A stretch of DNA of 63,993 nucleotides, filler included, from Craspedostauros australis (Eukaryota): NCBI GenBank assembly GCA_030167865.1. It is 20 parts of 20 records of this genome, joined end to end, with 100 filler letters (N's around TTAATTAATTAA, not from the genome) between each part and the next. Parts side by side here need not be neighbours in the genome. Positions count along the whole stretch, not along the records: positions 35,617 to 40,033 come from JALAGF010001907.1; positions 40,134 to 45,173 come from JALAGF010001908.1; positions 45,274 to 46,303 come from JALAGF010001909.1; positions 46,404 to 47,652 come from JALAGF010001910.1; positions 47,753 to 48,833 come from JALAGF010001911.1; 15 more parts are not named here. One strand, written 5' to 3'. The notes beneath the pieces were generated by a model, which worked only from the letters and a program-made list of their open reading frames with translations, had not been told where the DNA came from and made no database searches. Shown one piece after another: positions 35,617 to 48,933 of this stretch. The translations under genes and the position numbers were made by a program. The stretch's first letter is position 1, and every line of letters begins with the position of its first letter.

Positions 35617-38600
35617 CAGACAACAAACAGGGGCGCCCGCCAATCCCAGTGCCATGCCAATGCAGTACAATGTCAACCAGACCACCGAGCAAGACGGATA
35701 CAACCAGGTTGGTGATGTACAGTCCTATGCCATTGAATCGTCCTCCAGTGATCACACCGACGAGACATATGATGTGTATGACACACATGACACAGATGAA
35801 CGGTTCTTTACTGGCATGGTACAGACTCACTACAGCCCCATCATGCTCATGCCAGTGACTGCACGACCACAAGATCCCCTGGCTACATCCACCAATGTAC
35901 ACATCCAGGCCAACGCTACAAACGTTGAAGAGCCAGCATACGCCATCTGTGACAGTGGTGCACAATGTTCCATTCTTGGCAGCCTTGGGGATGCATGGCA
36001 GGTGGAGATTGTACACCCACATCGATTCATCAACATCATTGGAGCCATCCCGTCATCGATGCGTAAGAATGGACTCCGCGTTGTGTCTGCTGTCACCAAG
36101 GCAACAACATCAAATGGGAAGAACATCATCCTCCGAGCACACGAGTGTGCACTGAATCCCCTGAGTCGGGTGACACTCTTGTCGGAGTTTCAGCTGAGGG
36201 AAGCCGGATGTGTGGTCGATTCGGTTGCAAAGGAACACTACAAGTCCATGCAACCTCGCCAACATGGGACACAGTTGTTCCATCCATCTGACGATGTGTG
36301 CATTGACCTTGTTCTCCACAATGCACTCATGACTTTCCAACTGTCATCTCCAACAGATGAAGACATTTCAACATTGCCATCATACACTATCACCAGAGAT
36401 ACACCATGGAAACCACGTCAACACACAGCACAACCGGACATTCACCAACCGTTTTCCGCATGCAACTCCATGACGAAATCCTGTCCCCACAAAGACCCTC
36501 CTGCCGACAACATTGTCCGTGACGGGTACACTCCCATCATGTCAGTGGATCACATCGACCTGCCGGACCATCCCAGACACATCAACATGAATGAGTTTGT
36601 TCCCACACATGATGACGTCGTGGTGATCGACAATGATATCCCTGTCACCCAACAGGATTTCTCTGTCCTCAAAGCATTGACCACTGTACCTGGGAAACTC
36701 TGGATGCAACAGTCTCCTCTGGTGGAACCAGACGATACCACTGTGCCCGTTGCCAACACACGCAAGACATTGACTGACGATGTGTCTGCCTACGATGACC
36801 TGTCTGATGCCCTGCGGCACCAACACCGTCAACGGCTGAACCAGACTGCTCCGGATGCTCAGAACATCCATGATGTGGGATTCCGAACCAAGGCAAAGCA
36901 TGTGATCGATGACCCGGCCAAGTTACAGCCCTATCTGGGATGGCGCAACATACGGATTATCCAAGAGACAGTCAAACGAACAACACAAAACTGCAAGGCT
37001 GTTATCCGTTGGCCGATGATTCGACACCTTCGCTCACGCTTTGCTTGGATGCGACGCCCTCGTCTCCGTGAGGTGGTGGCCACTGACACCTTCTTTTCCA
37101 ACGTCCCCTCCTATGGTGAAAACTACACGTGTGTCCAGGTTTTCTTTGGCACTTCTTCTCATGTCATAAATGTCATTGGCCTACGGTCCAAACAACAGGC
37201 CCACGATGCCATCAACTACTTCATTCGTGATGAAGGTGCACCCTGGGCGTTTCGGATGGACAACGCTGGCGAACAAACTGGGGAGAAGGTTGACGCCATC
37301 CTCCGTGAACTGCATATCGGCGTGGAGCTATCCGAGCCAGACTATCAGAATCAGAATCCCGCTGAACTCCGTGCCGTCAAGTGGCTGAAGACGAACGTGC
37401 ACGCCATCCTTGACCGTTCAGGGGCACCGCCACGTGCTTGGTTTCATGCAGCCAAGTATGCAGCGGATGTACACAACATCACCTCCGACCAATCACTCCG
37501 GTACAACATCCCCCTCACCATCCGTCATGGGGAAACTGTTGACATCTCACCCTTCCTTTGCTTTCGTTTCTTTGAGAAAGTTTACTATCACGATCCCACT
37601 GGCGCCTTCCCTGACCCCAAAGAGCGGACTGGATATTGGCTGGGTGTGGCTCCATCATGCGGGGATGCTCTGACGTACTTCGTACTCACGGATCACTCTC
37701 AACGTGTGCTTGTGCGGAGCGTCGTACGCCCCTTTCGCACCAATGCAACCAACCACCGCCTTTCCTTTCATCCCGAGCTCGATCCTGGTCGACACCACTC
37801 ACCACCGCCATTGCCGCTCGTTCTTGGCGCACAACGCATGCCTACCAGCCGTCGCCTTCTCCAATACCGCAAGCCTGCCCGTGTTCCTCAAGACCGGCCT
37901 CCTCCTTCCCGTCTGCCCCTTGGTGAGCCTCGTTCCGGTCCAGTCCTTCCGCAGTCTTCCCCGGCTTCGACCTCGCGGCCATCACCGGCGAAAGGGGGGG
38001 TTCCTGCTTTTCCTTCGACTCTTTCTGTTCCACGCAGACCCAACGCAGCACGCTCTCCTCGGGGAACTCAACGACGAACATCCCAACGCATCCAGAATCG
38101 TGGAGACCCAACACCATGGAAGACCAGAATGACCCGGACGCAGGTCAAAGCGATTACACTGGCGGCAACACAGTACGACCAGCCTGTACAAATTGGGCCA
38201 GACACCTTCCTTGGCGTGTCACAGAAGCAAGGGGCAGGCATTCGTCATGGCAATCGCTTCTACCCCGTTGACACAACACCTTCACATGCCACGATGCTCC
38301 GTGATGCACAACCTCGTCGCATCCGTGCTGGACTGAACGACACCGAAATGGCCCAACTAAACCTTGTGACAGCCCTCGATGCCATCGCCGCAACAACGAG
38401 CGACACCGGTGACACAAGCATGAACAACACAATCCAGTCAGTTGTGACGCATCGACATCCTGACATGGTACGTGTGAAGTGGCGCGACAACAGCCAGTCA
38501 TGGCATCATGTGGATGAAGTCCGACTCCAGGACCCATATGCACTTGTCCAATACGCACTGTCATGGGGACTGGAGCATACCACACCTTTCCAGTGGATCC

Positions 38601-40033
38601 CACGATTCCAAATGGACACAGTCTTGGTACAAGCAGCCAGCAAACCATCCGCAAAACCCAAGAATCGATACAAATTTGGTGTGCTTGTTCCCAACAATGT
38701 CCGACACGCCCTCTACCTTGATCGAATGAATGGCGACCATCAATGGAAGGAAGCAATTGACAAGGAGCTTTGCCAAATCAATGAATACAAGACATTCCGC
38801 TTACCCCGCGAGGACGATGACTTGACGACGTACCAGCACATCCCGTACCACATCATTTTTGACGTCAAGTTTGACCTACGGCGCAAGGCCCGCCTTGTTG
38901 CGAACGGCAACATGTCAGACCCTACCATCGAGGATGTCTACTCAGGGGTTGTTGCCTTCGAAACCATGCGGATTGCATTCGTCATTGCAGCCATGAACAA
39001 TCTTCAGGTATGTGCTGGTGATGTGGGAAACGCCTTCTTGTATGCACAGACAAAGGAGCGCTGCTATGTCACTGCTGGCCCAGAATTCGGGAACCTTGCT
39101 GGACGACCCCTCATCATTCACAAGGGTCTGTATGGTCTGCGAACGTCAAGTGCACGTTTTCATGAACATTTGGCGCAGTCTTTCCGCGACCTCGGATTCC
39201 GCCCCACCCAGTACGACACCGACCTTTGGATCCGACCCAAAGACGATCACTACGAAATGATTGCGTCGTATGTGGATGACGTGTTGGTGTTCAGCAAAGA
39301 GCCCATGGAGATCATGAATGTACTCAAGTCCAAGTATGTCATGAAGGGGGTTGGCACTCCCATGTACTATCTGGGTGGTGATATCGAACAGCTTGACGAA
39401 CCATGGCAGAAGGAAGGGATTTTCACCGCATTATCCGCTCGCACCTACATTGGGAGCGCATGTGAGAAGATTGAAGCATTGCTTCAACGATCACTTCCAA
39501 CGCATCAAACACCGATGGCAGAGCAATACCATGCAGAGTTGGATGACACCGACATGCTGGACAAAGGGGCGGCAAGCAAGTTCCGAACCATGGTCGGGTG
39601 TGCCAACTGGATCATCACATTGGGTCGGTATGACGTCCAGTTTGCGACCATGTCCCTCTCTCGGTTCTCGATGGCCCCACGTCAAGGCCACCTCAAGGCC
39701 ATGATCCGTGTGTTCGGCTACCTGAAATCACACCGAAATGGACGACTACTCTGCGATCCCACACCACCAGATCACCCCATGCAACCACAAACGGATGATG
39801 AGAAATGGATGGAGTACTACCCACAAGCAGAAGAAGCAACACCACACAACATGCCACCACCCAAAGGGAAACCTGCATACATCACAGTATACGTCGATGC
39901 TGACCATGCACATGATGTTGTAACCCGACGTTCTGTCACTGGCATCGTCGCCAAAATCAATGGGATGGTTGTCCGTTCCTTCAGCAAGCGACAAAACACA
40001 GTCGAGTCATCAACATATGGTGCTGAACTCGTT
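35617..40033 (+). mobile_element. Ty1/Copia (CoDi-type) pol: protease, integrase, chromo-like domain, RT, RNase H
   Basis: CDSGAQ; ATDTFFS..MDNAGEQ..QNPAE; FDVKFDLRRKARLVA; DVGNAFL; YVDD; YVDADHAHD..TRRSVTG. The PR-INT-RT-RH order is Copia-type; ORF intact for about 1470 codons. Confidence 0.95.
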
Positions 40034-42363
40034 NNNNNNNNNNNNNNNNNNNNNNNNNNNNNNNNNNNNNNNNNNNNTTAATTAATTAANNNNNNNNNNN
40101 NNNNNNNNNNNNNNNNNNNNNNNNNNNNNNNNNGCAGGCAAATCTTCGCATCGCCATCGTTGACTTCTTCATCAGCATGCAGTTCCGGTTCTTGCTGCTG
40201 GCCTCGCCCCTTGTCGTCGCGGTGTTGGTTCCCGCAAGTGATGATGCTCGTGATGATGATCAGGATGATGATTGGGATGATGGAAGCGATGGCAGTGTTC
40301 TGTGGAGTGGTGGATGCGAAAGACAGTGAATGATCTTTGAGCAATGGCTTTGGACGTCGTTTGTGGATGATGGTTGGCACGTTCTGTACGTACTCCAGTG
40401 GAGCATAAGTTGAGTATGGCAGAGATGAACGCAGAGCGTATTGGTAAGTTCTGGGATTGTTATTGTTATTGTTATTGCTCGTGGGTATTGGTGTTGGCAG
40501 GTGTGGCATGAATGGTGCGAGCGGGTGCACCGTTGCTGTTCGCGATGATGACATTTCGGCTCCTCTTTGAGGAGGCGTCGCACCATGCGCCATGAAGGGG
40601 CGTTCGTTGTTCCACAACATTCGCATCGCGTGGTCGCAGTGATCGAGCTGAGAGAGATGCGAACTGTTGCTCGCAGCAACAAGGACACATCAAACGCCAC
40701 GATTCGCCGGATGGATGTTCTGTTTCGAAGAGTGTGTTGGTGGAAGCGGTAGTAAGAATATATATTGCACAAATCGGATATAACGGCTGTTTTCCGTTGT
40801 TGATAAGGGGCACAATTGAAGTTGGTGCGGTAGCCGTTTGCACGATCGGATTCGCGAGGCTGTGAAGGCACTCAACTTGCGATCAGTCGTGTGCCGTTGC
40901 ACCACATCCCGACCTGAATCATCGTGTTTGATCCAATCGATTGTTGTTCACGAACCGGACCAACAAGCTGGTGCTAGTCTTCCATGTTCTGCATGACTTG
41001 AAGGTAGCGTGTCTACCCAGCAATTACTCCACGCCACAGCACAACAAGTAGTCTCTCAAACTGATTGGTAAGAGCAAGAGTGCTTTGGACGCGCGTTTTA
41101 CGAACAAACCAACAGCTTTCGCGTACTAGAATACGAGGATGCGATTCACTGACGCGAGCAACAACCAGAAAGGCCATTGCCGCGTGAACACAGAGGAAGG
41201 CACAAACACGACCGCTACAAGAATCCAACGAAGACGGCAGCCCTGTTTGGAATCGTTCACCACCTTGTCTCGCTGCTTTATCGCACTCTCTCTCTCTCTC
41301 GTTGTTCCGACAATTAGCTCGTTCCTGTGGTAGGTGGTGGGAGGAACATTTGCTCCCACAGGCGAAGCAAACATTGTGCGTTGTTGTTTCCACCTCCCGA
41401 AACAGCCTTTGTTGAGTGCGTGATACTGTCTGGAGATGGACGGATGAAACATCACTAGAATAAAACAGGCCGCCATTGATGCGGACGAACCACTCTGCAC
41501 AGCAAAGCCTAAACAAGGAGCGCGAATTGTTCTCGCCCACAAGCGATAGCGCGCCAGCAAGGGGAGAGCAAAAGTGCTGTGCTGGGATTCGTCCCCGCAT
41601 TCGCCAGGTCCCAAACACTTGCTTCATCAACGCCAACAAAAGGCGGAGAAGAAAGCGGAACAAGCAGCAACAGAACAAACCACAAACGACGTCTCCATTC
41701 GATACGAGCAACTCGCACACGACCAATGATTGTAAAGACGCTCTCAGAATAACCAGTGTCATTCAGTAACCAGGGTGCAGAAGCAACCAACGAAGACGAA
41801 ACAAGCGCGTACCGCCATAGGTACACTATTTCTCCAAATATTTAATTACTCTCCTCGGGCTTGTCTCCGTCTTTCGCTGGTCTAGTGACCCGTCGTGCCT
41901 GGCTCCTTGGGGCTTCCAGTGTCATCGAACAAACACATATAGCCGCTTCACAAAGGCCGCTTAACAGGACCAACGGAGAATCATGAGGCAGAGCGCTGTG
42001 CCAGCAAAGTCGCCCACAGGGACAACACGCATAGCTTGTACCAGCCGAACCGCGCCACCTGCGCAAGAGGAACCTCTCTTTGGCGAAGTTCCCCTCTGTG
42101 TTGGCGCTGCTGACCAACAGGCAACAGCCATTTGCCTTTCGCACAAACACAACCACAAATGCAAAACAACACAGGGTTTTTGGGCAGTGTCCGGATGCTA
42201 GTGCCAACCTCATCATCGCGACCATCAACAGCATCAGCATCAGCATCAGCAGCGCAGTCATTGTCAACAGCGCTCATACGAAGGCTCTTGCAAGTACTTG
42301 GAGCATAGGGAAATAAAACGGGAGAAACGGCTTGAGAGAAGGCAGTGCACCAGTTCGGCAACA

Positions 42364-45173
42364 ATGACTGGAGCAGCCCCAACGAGATTGAGGAAGAGAG
42401 GGACGAGGTTGAGAACGATGAGAACCGGAATGACGACCTACCAGCATGCAAGGAAAGTGGCGATAGTCCTCGTGTGCCTCCAGGCAACGTCCCTGCTCCT
42501 TGCTCGCGCTCCCGTCAGGACCGGAAGCATCAGCGCATCACCACAGTGGCTGGCATCGGCTACCCTCCAGAGAGAGCAATCCACGACGAAGAACGCGCCA
42601 TCCAAGATCAGCTCGGCCAACAACTTCACCTGCGAGATGTTCAGCTTCATGCCGTTCACCACTGTCGACGCAACAACCAACGAGAAGGTCGCCAACCTGC
42701 CCTTCTCCAACGATCTCCGCCATGACAACCCAGGATACAACCAGCTCATCGCGGCCGTGATGGCCCTGGAGGAATTCAACTCCAAGTCTACCGCTCTGGT
42801 GCCCGACCTCGCGCTCATGCATGATTGCCCCATCCAGCTGGGCTTCGATGAGAAATCCTTCCTTGACTCTGGAACGGTCGGTCACCTCGCCTCGCAGGGG
42901 CTCTTCAACGCGGGACGGCCGCCATGCGCCATCGCAGGTCCCTACCACGACGATCCCGCACTCGAGCTGCAGACGCTGGCAACGGCAGCGCAGTTCCCGC
43001 ACGTCGTCAGCCGGGCTTACAATACCAAGGTCGCCTCCGTCGATGATGGACCTTACACCACGTCCCTCTTCCCCGACCTCTTCGCATCCATGGACGTCGT
43101 CACGTCATTCCTCAGGAACTTCAACCGCACCGACTTCGTCAGCCTCATCCACAGCCTGTCGGAACTTGGCATCCAGCGCAGGGAGGCCCTAGGATTGGCC
43201 CTCGATCAGGATGGCTTGCCACCGGTTCAAACGGAAAAGGTCACGAAAATCCCGAAAGAAGGACGTGCGTCAAACAGACAGAAACGCACCAAGGTCTCCT
43301 GGAATTCATTTGGCTACGACATTGGTGTCAAGACTCGGGAGATCAGAAACGCCATGCAACAAGTCAGGGAGAGCGGCTACCGCACCATCATCGTCGCCAT
43401 GGATAATCCATCTTCTGGCGAGATGAAGCAGCTGGCGGACGCTGCGCAGGACCTCGGCATGAACAATCGCGACGCTGTGGCCAAAGGCGACACGGACTAT
43501 CTCTGGATCTTCTGGGGCAAGTTCGATCCCGAGTACATCTACACAGACGATGAAAACATCGCCCAGTTGCTGGCGGGATCCGTGTGGTTCTTCCCCCTCA
43601 TCTTAGAACACAACGGTTTTCGAAAGGCTTGGGCATCGATGGCTTGGGATGCAGTGAAGGCCCGCGAGCTCCTCGACAGGGTTGATGCCTTGTCCCCCAT
43701 TCAAGATCCATCACAACCTGGCTATTTCCGAGGCGAGGATGACTACTTCCTCAACAATGTACCAGAGGCAGGTTCGGACTTGCTCTTCGATGCGATCATG
43801 TCCATTGGTATCGGGGGCTGCCTCGCCTACTACGACAAGCTTGATGGCTGCAAGCAGTACGAGGCGCGCCGCGAGGAGTTCGTCCCTTACTACCTTGACC
43901 ATCTCGCCAACAACAGCACCTACATTTCGGAACTCCCAACGCTCGATGACTACAAGGCCGCCTTGTCGCAAGACTTCTTCACGCCGTTGCAAGCACCAGA
44001 AGGGGCCTTCAAGATCACCGGCCAGAAGCACAACAACATGATCCGGAGGCTTGAATTCTTCGGTGCCTCCGGTCACGTCCAGTTCCAAAAACCCGAAACC
44101 GGAGATACCACAAACAATAAAACGAAGAACGACGACGAGAAGGTGGAGATGACGGTGGACGAGGATGGTCTCATTGCGGAATCCAAGGCCGTGCGCAGAA
44201 AGCAGGAGATTCGCAACTACGCGCGCGATCAATCCAACTTCGCGTGGTTTGTCATCAACAATCTGCCACCCGGAAAAATCCTGTCTGACTACTACGATGA
44301 CGACGGTTATTCCAACAGGGGGGGAAACTACACCAGCTCCAGCGAGGATTCCTCGGAAGACTCCGGATCAGGCCCGGATGCTCCGTTGGATTACATCCTC
44401 TCTCACATCTTTTATCCGGAGACGGAAACGATGCCCATGACATGGGTTGAGTTGGACCAAATCATCTACGCCGACGGCACAACCAGCGGGCCCAAGCTGC
44501 TTCGCACCACACCAGAACAGAATTATCTCGAACCAGGTACGCACGTCCATCGTTGTCCATTCTATTGCTCGTTGACATGTGGTACCATACATGTTGCTAC
44601 GTACCCATGACTTCATCGCTCGATTGGCTGGTTGGTTGGTTGGATTACTGATCCTCCCATTTACGAGTGCAAGTACCTCTATACTCCATCAACTCACGAC
44701 CTGCACCATACCGCACCATTCCACGTTCTGGTATCTCCTCTTCGGTTTTGCGCATTGTGCTGTGTGCGATGTGTCGGTTGGACCTTTTATTCGTGTGCCT
44801 ACCTGGGCTCTACCAATTTCACTCGACTCTGCTCTACACGGATGTGATCTTGTTTGATACTGTCCTCGCGCACCACTACCCCGCGCAAAATTACAAATCC
44901 TTCATTCTGCAGCCATTCAAATACTCGGTTTTGTTGTCATGTCCACCATCATGGCATCCGCAGTGTTCTGCGCGGTGTGGGTGTACATGCACCAGAAGGA
45001 CCGGGTGCTGAGAGCATCCCAACCCCTCTTCCTTTACCTGCTGTTCCTGGGATCTGCGATCGTCGCTTCTGGGATCCTTTCCATTTCCTTCGATGAATCC
45101 TTCGGTTGGGGCACAGGTTCGTTGAGCACGATGTGCACCTTGATGCCATGGTTGCTATCCACGGGATTCATCA
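42364..45173 (+). CDS. Class C (GABA-B-like) GPCR: Venus-flytrap/ANF-type ectodomain plus start of 7TM; exons 42364-44536 and 44913-45173, 3' truncated
   Basis: Periplasmic-binding-protein-like ectodomain (AAVMALEEFN..PCAIAGP..SGYRTIIV..F.GASG.VQF). Intron 44537-44912 splices in frame to TM1-3 with RVLRASQPLFL and C..MPWLLSTGF. Confidence 0.85.
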
Positions 45174-45273
45174 NNNNNNNNNNNNNNNNNNNNNNNNNNN
45201 NNNNNNNNNNNNNNNNNTTAATTAATTAANNNNNNNNNNNNNNNNNNNNNNNNNNNNNNNNNNNNNNNNNNNN

Positions 45274-46303
45274 GGAGCATGAACCGGACGAATGCCTGCT
45301 ACTGAAGAAGACCATCTACGGGTTGGTTCAGAGCGCGAGGCAGTGGAATAAGAAGCTTGTGGACATCCTGATCAAGCTTGGCTTCCGGCAGAGCAAGGTG
45401 GACCCATGCCTGCTAATTCGGAATCGGGAAGGGAACCTCGTCCTCATCGGGACGTACGTCGATGATTGCTTGTGCATCGGAAGCACCCTCGAACTGAAGC
45501 GACTGGTGAAGGACATCAAGCGCGAACGATTCGGAATCAAGATCGAGGATGGACTCGAAGACTACTTGAGTTGCCGGATCGAATTCAACAAGAGCGAAAC
45601 CAACTGCTGGGTGAACCAGCCACACATCATTAAGAACATCACGGATACATTCAAGAGCGACGTGACGAAGCTTCAACGATACGGAACCCCAGGCACTCCA
45701 GGCCAAGGGATCCAGAGGAATAGCGAAGCACCCAAGGTCGACAAGGACCGACACAGCAGATACCGCAGTGGAGTGGGCATGTTGCTATACCTGGTGAAGC
45801 ATTCGAGACCAGACATCGCGAATGCAGTCCGAGAGCTCACGAAGGTGTTGGATGGACCAACAGCCACAGCATACAAGGAGATGTTGAGAGTGATGAAGTT
45901 CGTATCGGACACGAGAGAGTACGGATTGAGGATGGAGCCCAAGCCGTTGAACAACAACGCATGGAAGATTGTGGTGTACACCGACAGCGAGTTCGCAGGA
46001 GACAAGGACAACTGCATCAGCGTTGGAGGACATCTGGTCCTACTGCAAGGAGTGCCTATCATCTGGAGATCGAAGGCGCAACGCAGCGTGACATTGAGCT
46101 CGACCGAGGCCGAGTATGTCGCACTGTCAGAAGCTGGAAAGGAGATCCGCTTTTTAACTCAACTGATGGAGGACATCGGGTTGAAGATGGAGAAACCTGC
46201 AGATGTGATGGTCGACAACGTGGGGGCGATCTTCATCGCCACCAATCCATCGACATCAGCGAGAACGAGACACATCGATATACGCAACCACTTCATCAGA
46301 GAG
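45274..46303 (+). mobile_element. Ty1/Copia RT-RNase H fragment
   Basis: LKKTIYGLVQSARQW, YVDD, SRPDIANAV, YTDSEFAGD, LSSTEAEYVA, HIDIRNHFIRE. Confidence 0.95.
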
Positions 46304-46403
46304 NNNNNNNNNNNNNNNNNNNNNNNNNNNNNNNNNNNNNNNNNNNNTTAATTAATTAANNNNNNNNNNNNNNNNNNNNNNNNNNNNNNNNNNNNNNNNN
46401 NNN

Positions 46404-47652
46404 CTCGCCGGTGACTTCAACAGCATCCGCGACGACGTGATGACCCGCTACCTCAACGATGTGGGTCACATCCTCCGCCACGGCTACTACTCCGACGAGC
46501 AAATCACTCTCTACCAGCAAGGCGGGGGATGGGTCGCTGTCCTCAAGCTGTTCATGACCTACTACCATGAACTCCTCCTCAAACTACAAGAGGAGGCATT
46601 CAAGACAACCAACGGGTGGGAGGACTCAGCCCTCGTGTACCACGAGCACTACGCCAAGGCCCTCTTCGACGCACGCAACTTCGCGGCCTCGCGCAACCTC
46701 ATGATCTTCCGCACCTACGTCATCGTGCGTGAAGGAGCGCGCGGCGGCTGGTGCAACCTGAAGGTCTTGGAGAAGTTCCAGCAGCGTGCACTCACCACCC
46801 TTGGTTCGCCCTCGACACCAAAGGAGGATACTGACACCGCCCCAACCGAAACGGGTCGGAAGAAGTGCAAACACTGCGGTGGAAACAGCAAGGTCCATGA
46901 GATCCGCGACAGCGGCTGCCCCTTCGGGTATCTCTTCAAGAAGAAGGTGGCGATGGCGAAAGCCAAACAGGTCGCGAAATGTGTGAACCAAGGCGAGAAG
47001 GCCGCCGACGTTATCACCCGCATCCTGCAGGAAGCAATCTCGAAGCGCGGAGGCGGAGAAGAGGATGATGCCTAACCCTGTGTTTGCCTTGACTCTTGCT
47101 TCTCTGTGCTGCCCACAACTCGTGCCTACCTCAACACCATCCAACAACCACTGATACCGACATCACCACAGACCGCCAGCATACGCCCACCGACACCCAG
47201 GACGACCCGAGCGACATACTCCTAAGCCCTAACTTAGCAGATATCGTTGCACTTTCAACAAAACAACTCCCTAAGTCCTCTACCTGCTCGCTGCGCTACG
47301 CCACCCTGAACTTTGGTCTACACATGACCGAAAGCACCTGGCCTGCTTTCGAGCACGTCCTCTGCACCCACGACGGCAACCTGGCCCAACCACTCCGGAC
47401 TTATCCGGACTCGACCCGTTTCCTTGGGTCGACGGCAAGAGTGTCCCACCGGATTTTGAACAAATTTCCGGTGGACTTTCTGGTCGCCCACGGGGTCCAG
47501 CACACGGAATGGCGTAACTGGGTCCTCCATTGCCAGACCAATCTACGGCCTCGGTTGATCATTGAGATATGGTCCGGGCCTAACTTGGGATGGGTACAAC
47601 ACGCCGCCTCCAAGCGAGAGTGTAAACTCTGGGAGGACCTCGGCTACGGAAC
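46404..47652 (+). mobile_element. Probable retroelement fragment: Gag-like ORF1 (to 47075) followed by ORF2 with methyltransferase-like remnants
   Basis: ORF1 has a CKHC-x6-H-x6-C knuckle near its C-terminus. ORF2 begins about 20 nt later with no intergenic promoter space and no introns. No RT or recombinase lies in the contig, so the element class is inferred. Confidence 0.5.
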
Positions 47653-48933
47653 NNNNNNNNNNNNNNNNNNNNNNNNNNNNNNNNNNNNNNNNNNNNTTAA
47701 TTAATTAANNNNNNNNNNNNNNNNNNNNNNNNNNNNNNNNNNNNNNNNNNNNTATCCGATCATCGTTCGTGCGGCAGTGAATAGGATTGGTAGAAAATTT
47801 GGATCCTATTTGATGTTGTGGTACAGCGAGGTCTACCCCGTGAACATCTCCAATCGGACGCGTCCGGATCCAAATTCGTCGCGCATATCGGTGCATCGTC
47901 CGAATGCAGATCTTTGACCGCTTGATGACATGGGTTGACTGCCCAACGCACCGCGCTGAACAGTTCAGGAGCATCGCGAAAGCATCCGCACCACCAATCC
48001 TCCGCCTGATCCGCCGCGGATGGCCAATGTTTTGGCTTTTCATTTTTTNNNNNNNNNNNNNNNNNNNNNNNNNNNNNNNNNNNNNNNNNNNNNNNNNNNN
48101 NNNNNNNNNNNNNNNNNNNNNNNNNNNNAGACGATATTGCAGCAATTCAGACACATGGTTGGAGTGGAGTCCATCATTCGGGATGAGAGTGTGTGCGAGC
48201 AGTACCACAGAATGGGCGCAGTTTGTATCATATCATGCCATGCCAACCAATCGGACATTGATTCAATTGTGAGTATGACTTGAAGTGAAGTGAGAATACA
48301 AATGGAAAAGAATGAAGGAGTGAATGGCAGGTGTTCCCACAAGCTCCGAAAGTCGTACTCCTCCAATGCGCCTATTGTGTGCACGCTTTCCATTCCTGAT
48401 TTTTTGGTCTGCTCTGCGCCGCGCACATGTCATGCACAGCTGCGCGAGTGAACAACACAACCATACACAGCAGCAACAACATCGACAATAATTGGCACTC
48501 ACCTGATGCCAGCTGGGNCCAAATTCTTCATCACCACGCACGTTGGCTTCCGCGCACACGCCGCCACATTCCAACCATGCCAGACCTGTTGCGGGTTGTA
48601 ATGCGGACCGCCACGACCTCAAAGGCACCGTAGGCGTAGAGCAAGGTGGGTCCGCTTGTTCGTGGGGACGCCTCTTCGACATCATGAAGTGCAGAGCATC
48701 GGTGCTGTCTTTGCTTTCTGCGATGCATTGCATGACGTCCAAACCTTTTGAATCGAAATGACTCGGTAGCAATTGCAGCTTGCTGCCAAGGTGGACCTCT
48801 GGATCGACATGCTTCATGATCTCCATGTCTTCGNNNNNNNNNNNNNNNNNNNNNNNNNNNNNNNNNNNNNNNNNNNNTTAATTAATTAANNNNNNNNNNN
48901 NNNNNNNNNNNNNNNNNNNNNNNNNNNNNNNNN

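Noticed and set aside
40134..41830. Possible 5' end of a minus-strand gene and ORFs up to 249 aa
   Set aside because: No recognisable domain; truncated by the spacer; cannot be supported.
47753..48833. Minus-strand exon-like segment (donor GTGAGT near 48501, pyrimidine tract near 48280-48320)
   Set aside because: The downstream frame contains stops and a gap; product unidentifiable; at most a pseudogene fragment.
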